A stretch of DNA of 64,000 nt. It comes from Anolis carolinensis (Eukaryota). A model generated the notes under the pieces. The model ran no database searches. It was not told where the DNA came from and saw only the letters and a list, made by a program, of their open reading frames with translations. The translations under genes and the position numbers were made by a program. This document shows, piece after piece, positions 37,788 through 49,454 of this stretch (positions are counted from its first letter, which is position 1; each line of letters starts with the position of its first letter). The DNA is taken from positions 34,459,190-34,523,189 of the forward strand of contig NC_085846.1 of assembly GCF_035594765.1 (NCBI RefSeq), in the 5' to 3' direction.

Positions 37788-38594
37788 TCTTGATCTCTGT
37801 ATCACACACACACACAGTCATGGGATAAAAAAATAATGTCTGCATTTCTCTACTTTGGTTGGAATGCCATCTGGTGGCATTAACACAACACTAAACAGGG
37901 AAGGCAGTCGTTGCAGGCTGCTAAATAAAATGGTTTGAGAAAACACCACTTCCCATGCTATCCAAATAGTATCTCATTGGGTCAAGCAGGTGTTGCAGAC
38001 CTCCATAACAATATAAGGGAGGGGGCTGACAAAACTATTTATCACAGGTGACACTGGGCTGACAAATACATATCTTAGCTCTCTTTCAAACATTCTTGGT
38101 CTATAAGGAGGGGCAAGGAGAAAGACAGATAATAAGAGAAATATTTCCAAAATAAGAGAAATATTACTTAGAATGTATTCAATGGTCTACACAAAGGACT
38201 GATGTATTTTATACAAAGCCACGAAGGCTTTGTATAAGCCTCCAAGATGCCAAAGGTGGGGAAAGCCTATATACTTTAGTTCCTTGGGCAATGCCTTTAA
38301 AATCTGGACTAAAACTCAGACAATGTTTGCTGCTCTATTGACATGAAATCTTTCAGCTACCAGTGGTACATACACTGAGAAGGAAAGCAAACAAGAGATA
38401 GATTCTGTTGCAAGAACAAACAAAAGTCTGCAACCTATAGGAACAAAAGGCAGTTCAAGAATTCAGGTGGGATGAAGTAACGAAATGTAATGAAATATCT
38501 ATAGATTTTCTAATCTCTGAAGCTATTACAGGGCAGCACTCTCTTTGCCCCCTCCTCGGCCAACACTTTTCCAGGTGGAAACTATCATCTAGAC

Positions 38595-38730
38595 CAGTGG
38601 TTCTCAACCTTTGATCCTCCAGGTAATTTGGACTTCAGCTCCCTATAAGTCCCACCCAGTTTACCAGCTGTTAGGAACTGTCGGAACTGAAGTCCAAAAC
38701 ACGGGGAGGACCAAAAGTTGAGAATTACTG
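38595..38730. mobile_element. Small palindromic hAT MITE
   Basis: cagtggttctcaac TIR. Confidence 0.75.
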
Positions 38731-39157
38731 ATCGAGGCCACTGCTTCTTAAATTATGGGTCCCAATCTCAAAATAGGGTCCCCTTACTCAATGTTGCAGT
38801 CATGAAAAATTTGACATCAGTGAAGGTTTCTGAATGCCACCCATTTACACAAATCTATTAGCAATATTTACAGTGGAGTCTGTAGAAAATACTTCAGCTG
38901 TACTCCACAAAAAGGAAAATCAGCCTTTTTAGCAAGCCTTGCAAATGCTGATTTATTATCAGTAAATGTTTGATTTTAAACCTATTTACCTGGGGGCATA
39001 TAAAAAATTATCAGTGGAAAGTTTAAAAAGCTCTGATTTAGCTTGTGTAATTGGGAAAGGAGGGGTTGTTTACTCTTTTGGATCAGGATTTATCCAGAGT
39101 AGTGCTTCTCAAGCTATCTGGTATAGGGGACTTTTGTCTTGAAGGTGCCAGATTCTG

Positions 39158-39368
39158 GTATGGTTGATCCTCCATATTCATAAATTCCACCATCCACAGC
39201 TTGAAAATATATTTTTTTAAATTCCAAAAACAAAGTTTGGTTTTGTGATTTGACATAAGGGATATCCTTTTACTATGCTTTTGTATATAATGGGAGTTGA
39301 GCATCCACACATTTTGCTATCCGTGGGGATCCTGGAATCAAACCCCAGTGGATACCAAGGGCCAGCTG
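39158..39368. mobile_element. Older Tigger/pogo-like MITE
   Basis: Reverse similarity to 12216-12421. Confidence 0.55.
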
Positions 39369-40780
39369 TATCCCATTTGTGACATTAACTACAGTTGTTT
39401 CTTTTCTGGAAACTCCAGAAAACACATATCAAATCAGACCTTATTCTCTTGGGTTGATGCAGCAATCAGCATGGGTAACCCTAAGCTGGCAACTCTTCTT
39501 CCACAGTAGTAGCAACACAGCATGTCATGTAACATACTTACAAAGCTTTGTCTTTCTCCCATCAAAAAGCACAAATTAGAATCACACTAATTTGCAAGCA
39601 TGTTGAGATCAGGCAACTTGTAGCCAACATCTGAGGACTTGATCTGCAAATAGAAAAAGTAGGGGTTGGTTAAATGTTATTTTCTTTGGAAGATGATTCC
39701 CAAAATTGTCCAGGGAGCATCACTGTGCTAGAGGGTGGGGTGTTCCTGGGACTGAAAGTATATTTTCTATGATCCTGTTTAGCTCAGGTAGAGACAAATA
39801 TGAAACCTATAGTAAAGGCCATATGTAGCCTATTTTAAAAAATATGAACTATGATCCTGTTCTATCAAGCAGAGTTCAAATTTCAGCCCAACATTCAGCC
39901 ACAACTCACCTCAAAAGCCTTTACCAGATCACTCTTGGATGAAGAATCAGTAACCTCATACTATTAATGCAGAGGCAACTCTGCCAGAACTCAAAGTTTG
40001 ACCTGACATTTCAGGATCGAAGCTGTCTTCTCTGAGTTTCCAAGAGCCATGGAAAGAGCTTGGGGAAGTTACTTTTATGTCAGAACTTCCAGAATCTCCA
40101 AGCCAGCAGAGTAAAAAGAGGAATTATCTCAGAGTAAGGGGACAAAAATGAAAGATATAGGTTGAGCAGCCTTTATTCAGAATCTCAAAATCTGGAATAC
40201 TCTGAAATCCAATACTGTCCACATGGGTAAATAAGACAGTGAATTAGAAACACAGATGAAACAACAGAAGTAAGGTAAGATCAGTAATACATGAATTTCA
40301 TACCAATTTTGCCCCCAAAAATAGGTTCCAGACCAAAATTTCACTGGCTATATTCAACTGAGTAAGTTATAAAAAAATTATAAAATCATTTAGTTCCTTA
40401 AAAGCAATCCAAAGAAAGAAATATATAAATCATGGTAGCTTGAAATGAAAAGCAAGCAAAACTTAAGTTGCCTGTAGATAGGAAGATGGCTATTTATCAT
40501 GATACCATAATATATCTATTTATGCATTTTCTCCTTCTTTAAAAATGAAACAATGAAATTTCGGAAAGGATGCACAACTCTGAAAGCAAGAAATGAGGAT
40601 TAAAATTCTGTGGATGGAATTTATGTTGACTGATGCAGTAGAAAAGCAGCAGAGGATTTCAGCATCAAATAGCAACGTGGTGATATGCCCTGAGCACATA
40701 AATGCAGGGGAATATAGTTACAGAATTTCTGAATGTTCAGCTTTTACTTGAGTAAAAAATAACATCAGCAGGTCTTGATT

Positions 40781-40970
40781 CAGCATGGTGGACTATGACT
40801 CTGGAGTTCAGGGTTTGAATCCTCGCTCGGCCGTGGACCTACTGGGCGACCTTCAGACAGTCACACACTCTCAGCCTCAGAGGAATACAAAGCCAAGACC
40901 TCGCTGAACAAGTCTTGCCAAGAAAGCCCCATAATAGGTTCACCTTAGATTCACCGTAAGTTGGAAACAG
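40781..40970 (+). mobile_element. Squam3/CORE-like SINE
   Basis: Similar to 28297-28532. Confidence 0.65.
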
Positions 40971-42579
40971 TCATAAATGCAGTTAGCTTAATTATATTCT
41001 GCCTGAGGATTTAGATGGCCGACTGAAGATTCTGCCTGAGGATTTAGATGGCACAGTTAAGAAATAAAAATCATGAGTTACACTGAAGTTGACTATCAGT
41101 TGCTCAAATATTCATCACAAACAAATCTCCTGCTTAAAGGAATGGTTGACCAAGGCTAGTTTACTCCTGAATAGGCAGATAACAAGGAATATACAAAATA
41201 TCTTTCTCTAAGTTATTTTTTTCGTAGTTTTTAGAATATTGGGTTGGATCCAGATTTGGGAGTTTTCAAATGGACTGGAGACATATTTCTTGTTGTCTCT
41301 TATTCATGGCAGACTCCTTAAAACTCTTGGGAGACAAGATAACCAGCTACAAATGAAGAGGAAATTAGGGATCCCTGAAAATCAGCTGAAGCTGCTTTAC
41401 ATGAATGGAACCCTTCCAACTTACAGAAGGGTGACTGTAGATGCAGTCAGTGGTAAGTTTGAACAACTGAAAGATGGTGACATTCGGAAACATTTTAGAA
41501 GACAGAAACCTTGTTGAACAAACCAGCTGAGAATGGGAGCCAAACACCGAGCAAATCTCCTTGTTCTTCCCCAGTACTTACTAGATTTACATTATTGTAA
41601 AAATGCAGAATAAATCATGCCAAAATTTGTTGAAGTTGTATAATACATGCACATCAGAACTTCATTTCTGACACCAGATTTTAAGAAGTGTATCAATACA
41701 TATATACATACACATACACATACTGCCCTGGCTGCAGTTAGCCAGTTATGTAAAACAACATATTCACACCGGACTCATTGGCTAGGTCTACACTGCCATA
41801 CAATGCATGGTGTCTACACTGCTATATAATCCAGTTCAATGCTGTTAATGTAGAAAAATTGGTTAGATACCAAATAACAAATGTGAAATACAAGGATTTT
41901 TAAAAGTTCACAGGAGAGAGAAACAGGCAAAGTTAGGTTTAAAATTATTTTTTTAACTTTGATAATGAAAAATGAGGATGTTACATTTGTTAATGCTGGG
42001 AGGAGTCATATTTAATTTGTATCATTTTAATATGTTAATTATTAGGGGTTGTTTTTCCAGAAATCATCAGATTTACAGAAATTTGCATGTTTGGCTGTCA
42101 TTTCTGCTCCCAACAGGTAATCCTGTTATTGGCTCCAAAGTGTCTGAGGTTTTGTTTTGGTTTTTGGCAATTTTTAAACTTTCTCAACCTCACACTTAGA
42201 AGTCCTAAGAATGCAGATCATATAGTCTGATAGATTATGGATGAAATCTGTAGTGCAAAACCAGGTTGGAAAGGCCGTCTCAAAGAATGGTACCAATAAT
42301 CTGCTCATCTAAATTTTATCCTTGATCTCTCTTTTTCTCTCTTTTCTTTCCACCCACTGCTATCAACATGTGTGCTGTTTAGTCACTCTTCAGACACTGT
42401 GGATTTCTTTGCCTTGGAAAAAGTAAATAGGGAATGATATTTTCATTTAAGCTAGATGCAACTGATCCAGTTCCACACTGAAGTCAGCAATGCGTGGTTA
42501 CATAAAAAGCAGGTGACGATTCAGGGGTGAACAGCTTTTAATCAGATATACTGTATTCTGAGTGCCTCTAAAATATACA

Positions 42580-43047
42580 GAAGATTTCAAGGATATTGGT
42601 AAGCTGGAATATGTTCAGAGGAGTGAGACCGAAAGGTTAAAAGGTCTGGAAGATAAGCCCTACAATGAGGACTTAGGAAATTGGATATGTTTAGCTTAGA
42701 AGAAAGAACATTTAAGGGGGGGCATGATAACCATGTTTAAATATTTGAAAGGGTGGCATATTGAATATGTTTTCTGCTGCTCCAGGTACTATGACATGGA
42801 GCAAAAGATTCAAAATATAGGAAAAGAGATTCCACCTAAACATTTGCAAGAATTTCCTGATTGTAAGTGCAATTTGACAATAGGATACCCTACCTCAAAG
42901 TGTGATGTGGTCTCATTCTCTGGTTTTTCAACAGAGACTGGATAACCATCTGTCAGGAGTGTTTTTGAACGTATGCATGTATGTATGACATGGGTAGGCT
43001 GGATGGCCCTTGTAGTCTCTTCCAACTCTATAGTTTTATTATTCTGT
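42580..43047 (+). mobile_element. Old CR1 LINE 3' end
   Basis: KLEYVQRS..KGLEDKPY and MITMFKYLKG remnants; tcttccaactcta..attctg tail. Confidence 0.75.
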
Positions 43048-43537
43048 TATTTTTCTACAGTATTGAGTCATTACCTTGCCCTCATCCCCCTAAATGTATA
43101 GATCCTTAATATCTTATAACTTTGGAAATGTATAAACTGTTAACAGAACTAAAGTTTCCAACAGTAGAGAAGAGTTGTAAAATTGCAAGAAAAACTTTTA
43201 AGTGCTTTGACAATGTGATCAGTGCACAAGGAATGACAATCTCAATACCTTACATACAATTATAATTTAAAATGGGATACGTAACTCTGATTAAATCATT
43301 TTATAACACTTACGATTCAATGTGTTTACCTAGTCTTCAAATAATCAGCATGGCTGCTATTTGCTTTTAAAGGGTATATATCTTTTTGGGACATCCTGGA
43401 TAGGCCGCAAAGATAAATGCTAAAGAATGTGATCTGCATGCAAAGGCCAATGGTACTAAGCTCAATCCCTACCATCTTAAGTTGTAAACAACTTAGTGCT
43501 ACCCAGTTATTCTCCTCCTTTTGAGATCCCCCATAGT

Positions 43538-43680
43538 CAGTTTCTTAAATTATCTTAAACTGTGCTCCTCCAGATGTTTTGGACTTCAGCTCCCACAATT
43601 CCCAACAACTGGTAAGCTGGCTAGGATTTCTGGGAGCTGAAGTCCAAAAAACCTGGAGGAGCACAGTTTGAGAAACACTG
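43538..43680. mobile_element. Small palindromic hAT MITE
   Basis: Perfect TSD cccatagt. Confidence 0.8.
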
Positions 43681-44420
43681 CCCATAGTAAAGAGTAAGGC
43701 AAAACTTATTCTTTATAACAATGGAACAGAGAGTGTTGCTCAAGACTCCTCTAACTTCTGTGGGGAAGGGAGGAAGCAAATTATCACACTAGTTAAATTC
43801 AGCCAATTAGAGCTAACTTTTCAATGAGTGCTGTTCACCACCAAATTAACTTGTTTAGTCTCAATAGGTAAGGAGGAAATAATACTTAACTAGTTAAATG
43901 TAACCAATGATTTCCAAGCTCTATTCAGTTCAGAATGTATCAAACTTTGCATCTTTAAGGAAATTTCCCAGGTTTCTTCCCTGAAACCTTGCAAAAGTCC
44001 ATAGACACTTTTTAGCAGAACCCCAAAATCTCTAACATAGTCTAGGAATGTACTTTTTGCTTCAAGAATAGGAAGCTATTTTTGGATTGCCACTCCCCAG
44101 ATTCCTATAGCCATGGTAAGCAGAAAATTCTGGGAGCTATAATCAAAAGGTTAGCTTTTCTATGTTCTGAGCTGAGCTCAGATCAGGGTTCTTTCAAACA
44201 ATAATCTGCCCTTGGTCAGTTTTTAAGCAGTCTTGTCTACAGTAAAAGCCATTTTTTGTTGTTATATTTATATCCCACTTTTCTCTTTTAAACAAGACTC
44301 AAAATGGCTGTTTTGTTATTATTGATGAGGAAGTCAGGAAACAGTGACCAGTGTATTAGATGTCTCCTAGAGATCTATAGGAAGACCACCATCTGTTTTC
44401 TGCCCATCATTGGTCTAAAG

Positions 44421-44549
44421 CAGTGGATTCCAACTTTTGGTCCTCCAAGTGTTTTCAGTTCCCACAATTCCTAACGGCTGGTTTGCAGGTTGGAATTTCT
44501 GAGAGTTGAAGTCCAAAACAACTCGAGAACCAAAGCTTGAGAACAACTG
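44421..44549. mobile_element. Small palindromic hAT MITE
   Basis: TSD (g/a)tctaaag. Confidence 0.75.
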
Positions 44550-45494
44550 ATCTAAAGCACATCCAGGGTGCATAAAGAGAGCAGAAGCACTCAACAAATC
44601 TATTGTGTCTTACTTGTAAGATTATCCAAAACTTGCATGTTGCAGAGTGCTGGACAAGTTTTCATGTAAATTAATCTTGCATCGCAGATCTCATGAATGA
44701 ATGTCAGAAAAATCCAAGAACTGTTCCCGAAATAGAGCTTGAAAATTATTGGAACAGAAGAAAAATTATCTTATCATTTGCAAATAGTGCTTGAAAAATT
44801 TCAACTCTATCTTTCCCATATTTTTTAGACTTCTCATTTTGCAGACAATTAAAAAATCTTCCGCAGATCTCCAATGATTGCCAATATCAGTGGTATTTTA
44901 TAAGTAACACTTGCAAGAATTTCAGCAGATTATCTGCAGCTTTGTAGCTTTGCACAGGATACATTCATGGCCCATCAGATTGGACTCTGTCCACTTTTTT
45001 GGTTGTGGTTTGGGTCTAAAAAAAATCACTTTGAACTATTAAGTTTTATAGCATGTGATAGGTCTTTGTTTGCTATGCCTCACATGTAAATCGCAACTTT
45101 CCATAGATCTAAAGCAAGAATTTGTCCTACTCAAGATTATTGTAATTTTTCTTATTATAGCCTAAGAGAACTTTCAAAACTTTGAACAATCATGTTTTTA
45201 GATGATCTAAGAAAGGGTTTCAGATTCATCAAAGTAGGTCCTTTTTAGGAAATTGAGCCTTACATGGTTGGCATTTCCTCTACTGTCCATCTTTCTTTCC
45301 TTCTCTTCACTACCTAAAATATGACAATAGTTACTTAAGAATATACACAAAACCCCTCAAGAGAATGCATAATGCTCAAGATTGGGACTCAAAAAATCTT
45401 GGTCAGATGCGGTGTGTTCCTGCAAGCAGTGGGTGAGATGTGAAGACATGACAATTTAATGAAGAGCACTTACTTTATCAGTGTTAACATTGTT

Positions 45495-46008
45495 GAAGGC
45501 TTTAACGGTCGGAATCACTGGAGTGTTATGTGGTTTCAGGGCTGTATGGCTGTGTTCTATCAGCATTTTCTTCTGACATTTTGCCTGCATCTGTAGTTGG
45601 CATCTTCAGAGGATCTTAAGGAGGACCAGATCCTCTGAAGATTTTTTTTTTTTTTTAGTGTCAGGAGCAACTTGAGAAACTGAAAGTTGCTTATGGTGTG
45701 AGAGAATTGGCCGTCTGTAAGGATGTTGCCCAGAGGACGCCCAGATGTTTTGATGTTTTTACCATCTTTGTGGGAGGCTTCTCTCATGTCCCCACATGGG
45801 AGATGGAGCCGACAGAGGGAGCTCAACCCCTCCCCAGATTTGAACCACCAACCTGTTGGTCATCAGTCCTGCCAGGGCAAGGGTTTAAGTCATTGCCCCA
45901 CTGGGGGCTCCAGTTTCCTCTGAAGATGCCAGTCACAGATGCAGGCAAAGTACTAGGAGAAAATGCTGACAGAACACAGTCATACAGCTCGGAAACCAAA
46001 CAACACTG
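45495..46008. mobile_element. Penelope terminal-repeat inverted pair interrupted by a SINE
   Basis: ~90-nt inverted arms 45519-45613 and 45916-46007 carrying ctctgaagatgcc...gatgcaggc...gaaaatgctg. Confidence 0.7.
45643..45915 (-). mobile_element. tRNA-derived SINE, second family
   Basis: Poly-T start, 12-bp TSD tcctctgaagat (45631-45642, 45916-45927). Confidence 0.85.
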
Positions 46009-46674
46009 CAATGTCAACATTGTTTTTAAGGATGTAAGACAACATGCATAGAAATTGGTAATGCAGCCATAGGAAACTTTGGAGCTATGATCATAGGTAA
46101 GGTTAATACCAACATTTCCTGGCATCCCTAATTTAAGGCACTATTTTCTTTGTTGAAATACTCTAATCTGGTGGAATTCTATAAGGTTAGTATATATGGT
46201 GTTGTGTTGTCTATAAAAGAATGGATTTAGGCGAGATGTCTGAAACTTTGAACTGGAAATGACAGAGATAGAATTTTGTGCTAGCATGCATCTCCCTAAA
46301 CAATTTATCCAGCGGAAGATAAAGGTTTAAAGGGATTGGTGATAGTGGAGGGAAAGTTTTGTAGTAGAAAAAAATAATTTTGCTCAGAATCTGGAAGACC
46401 TTGTATAAAATTAGGTGCTCATATTTCTTCAAGTGAGCAGGTTTTTTAAAAGATCAGAGAGAAAATGTGTGAAAATGTGAATATGGCTGATTGACAGTAA
46501 TCCTATTTCTCTGGGGAAAGATAGGGAAATGAAGAGGATGAAGATGATTAGAAACATTGTCAAGGAGAAATTTCATTTCAGTTTAAAAATGGCAAAAATT
46601 CCAAACAACTGACAAAATGCATATTGAAGTGGCAAGAGCACAGAGAAAAAGAGAAGGAATGTTTAAATAAATGC

Positions 46675-48756
46675 CTAGGAGAAATCTCTCCCTTTTTATT
46701 AACCTCTCTGCATATACAGTACTTTTTTTGCATGTTGGGTAAGAAATTCCAACTCATTTAAAAAAAAATCCACAAAGCATACACTTGGAATTTTGAAAAC
46801 TTACTACACTTTGAAGAACTGATAGACACATTTTTTAAAAAACAAACACAGGGACACGTATTATACCTATTAGTGCTCCCACCTACATGCAGGTTCTTCT
46901 AAATGCTGTTTCAACTGCCTTGTATGACACCAATGTCCTATCCATATGTTTAAATGCAGCCTTCTGAAACAGACACCATCCAGATGTGGACTGGAACTTT
47001 CATGATGGCCCAGGCAGCCCTGCAATGTAGTTTCAGTCCAACGTATTTATAGGGCAAAAGGTTAGAGAAAGCCAGTTTAAGGCATATTTTTTCTGACTTC
47101 AGTATCAATGCACTACACTCTCCACTTATTAGAGCTCCTCCTGTATACATAGGAAAGCAACATATTAAAAAAGTATATTTCCCTCTGATCCCACAGTTCT
47201 GACATGCTTCTCTGAACAGTGCCAGCATAAAAGAAACAATGATGTTTTATTGAGAAATTAGTCACGCTTTCAAATTTTCACACTGCAACATCTTTGTTCA
47301 TATCTCAGCCTCTAAGAAGGAAACTCTAAACTTCACCAAAACAATGGAAAATTAATCAACGTGGCTAGAGCTGCTATAGCATTAAAAAATAAATATAAAG
47401 GTCTCCATTGCCATGTCTGTGAAGAAATCTGCAAAGTTTCCTAACACTGAAAGCAGTGAAATCACATACTAGGCAATAACATCTGTAAGCCTTTGAAAGC
47501 TTGAAAACATTACATCTAAATTATTTAGACTTGCCACAGCTTCACTCTTGAAGACACTCTACCCCAAGAACATAAGGATTACAAAGTTTTTGGTTTTTAT
47601 TTTATTGTTTTTTTCCTTGCCATAAACTTTGGCCTTCAGAAGCGCCAACAAAAGGACACTCGCCATTCTTAAAGAGAAAATAAAAATTAAAAAAAAAACC
47701 TAAACCCATCCAAAAGCCAACCAATTCAAGGACTCTACAGAAAACTCAGTTCCATTAAGGATTGGAAAATGAGTATGTCCGGACTGGGCCTTTCACAGTA
47801 AAACAGAGAACAGCTCATTCACAGAAGAAGACTGAAGCATCTCGCCTTCATGTGAAGAAAATGTGGCTAAGAAAGAGGGCAGAAATAAAGATTCCAAACT
47901 CTTACATAACATGAACCAAGCCCTCCTAAATCAGTATAAAAAGGCATGTAGGCACCGTCTTGACTAATTTTGAAATTCAAGGAGGCAAAGGAAAGTGATA
48001 AGCACACCATCTTTGCAATACTGAGGTTGGGTCTGTATGACATTCTGCAGGGCATAGGTGCAGAACAGCTGTTTGTGCTCCTGCTGACTAGTTAGTGGAA
48101 TTGCTACTTCCAAATGCTTCCACCTCTCATAATTACACAATCTCGCTTGCAAGTTGAGTGTAGAAAAGGTGAGGTTAGAATCTTTCTGACGTATTTTCTA
48201 CTTGCAAGGAAGTGGATTTTCCCTGTGTGTTTATTATGTAGAAGGGAGAGGTCAAAAATGGCAATCCCCACAATGTGAAGCAGTATAGCTCATTCGAGTT
48301 TTTCAATCTGCCACATGTACACACCAGGGCAATAGTTTACTTTATCTGCCTCAGTGGGCTCATCTCAGAAATAATGGCTCAAGGCTTGTAAACACATTCC
48401 ATTCATATTTCCAATTTATTATATTTTTAAAGTTTTCTTTTTTTCCCCTTCTCCCACTCCCCCATCTCTGAGTAGGAAAACTTGCCATGTGAAACCCAAA
48501 TCAGCTGGTCTTTGGGCATGGAAAGGTGTCAAGAGAAAGGCTAAGGGTCTTCATTCTAAAGCCACTGGGAGAGGGGGAAGAAAGCAGCAGCAGTCTGGTG
48601 AGCAAAAATGGGAAAAATATCAACAATGAACCGCTTGTGTGGTGACCAGAGATGGGCAATGGTTTGCTCTGATAAACTGGCTGCTCTAAAGTCAAGAGGG
48701 GAATAGGAGGATAAAATACCAGAAAAAGTTTTCCAATTCCCCCCTTTCCAGTCATT
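46675..48756 (-). other. CDK12: Probable CDK12 3' UTR (~2.1 kb)
   Basis: Repeat-free stretch after the stop codon, ending at an AATAAA (plus-strand tttatt 46695-46700) followed by a U-rich tract. Confidence 0.6.
46695..46700 (-). terminator. Candidate polyadenylation signal AATAAA of CDK12
   Basis: Canonical hexamer with downstream U/pyrimidine-rich element on minus strand. Confidence 0.55.
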
Positions 48757-49454
48757 TCAGTAAGGGATCCCTCTTCCTCTTCCCCCTCGTGGAGGCACTC
48801 TACTCTGCCCGCGAAAGGCTTTTCCATAAGACGTGGACTGGACCGTGTTCCCCCACGTGTGGCTTGTTCCTGCATCACTAGAACTAGCATTTGCCACTCC
48901 TGCCTCACTATAGTTGTGAATTTTGGCCTCTGAATGTGCCAGTGTGTTGTTGCTCCCTTCGGTTTTGAGGAAGGACTGCCCGAGAGCAGAATGCATCCCC
49001 AAAGGAACCCGGGTAAAACGGAGGTCCTGGTCCCCTGGAAACTGAACTGATCCTGAGCCCTGGTAGTTGCTTGACTCCCCAAGATGACTTGCGGAGCCCA
49101 GAAAGGTCCTACTTTTCCCCAAGGTCTGGGGCGACGTCTGTGTTAAGGTCTGGCTTGAATTCCGATCATCCACATCAAAGCTGCAGCCCTCGGGGTCATC
49201 GGCATTGTAAGTCCTGGAGGAGGTTTGTGATATGGTGTAATCCAAGGGAGGCCTCCCAACTTGGGGTTCGTGCTTTGGGTGACTTGGGGGCCCTGTCTCT
49301 TGCTGGGATAAAAGGTGGAGGAGCGCAGCTGTCATGGCTGGGTTCAACTCCTGAGCAGCGTTGGAGGTGTTTTCTTCAGCCAGATCAGGCGGTGGCGGCG
49401 GCGGTCCAGGAGGCTCAGGGGGTCTCTTCTCTGGTGGGAGAATGTGAGGACAGG
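48757..49454 (-). CDS. CDK12: CDK12 terminal coding exon (exon 14 equivalent) ACPHILPPEKRPPEPPGPPPPPP...RVPPRGGRGRGIPY-stop
   Basis: ORF 48757..49506; ccacag| acceptor; proline-rich motif and RGGRGRG(V/I)PY terminus diagnostic of CDK12. Confidence 0.95.

Noticed and set aside
40200-41600. Splice-like motifs and ORF 41239..41517 as a possible extra exon or gene
   Set aside because: No consistent exon chain, non-ATG start and no recognisable protein
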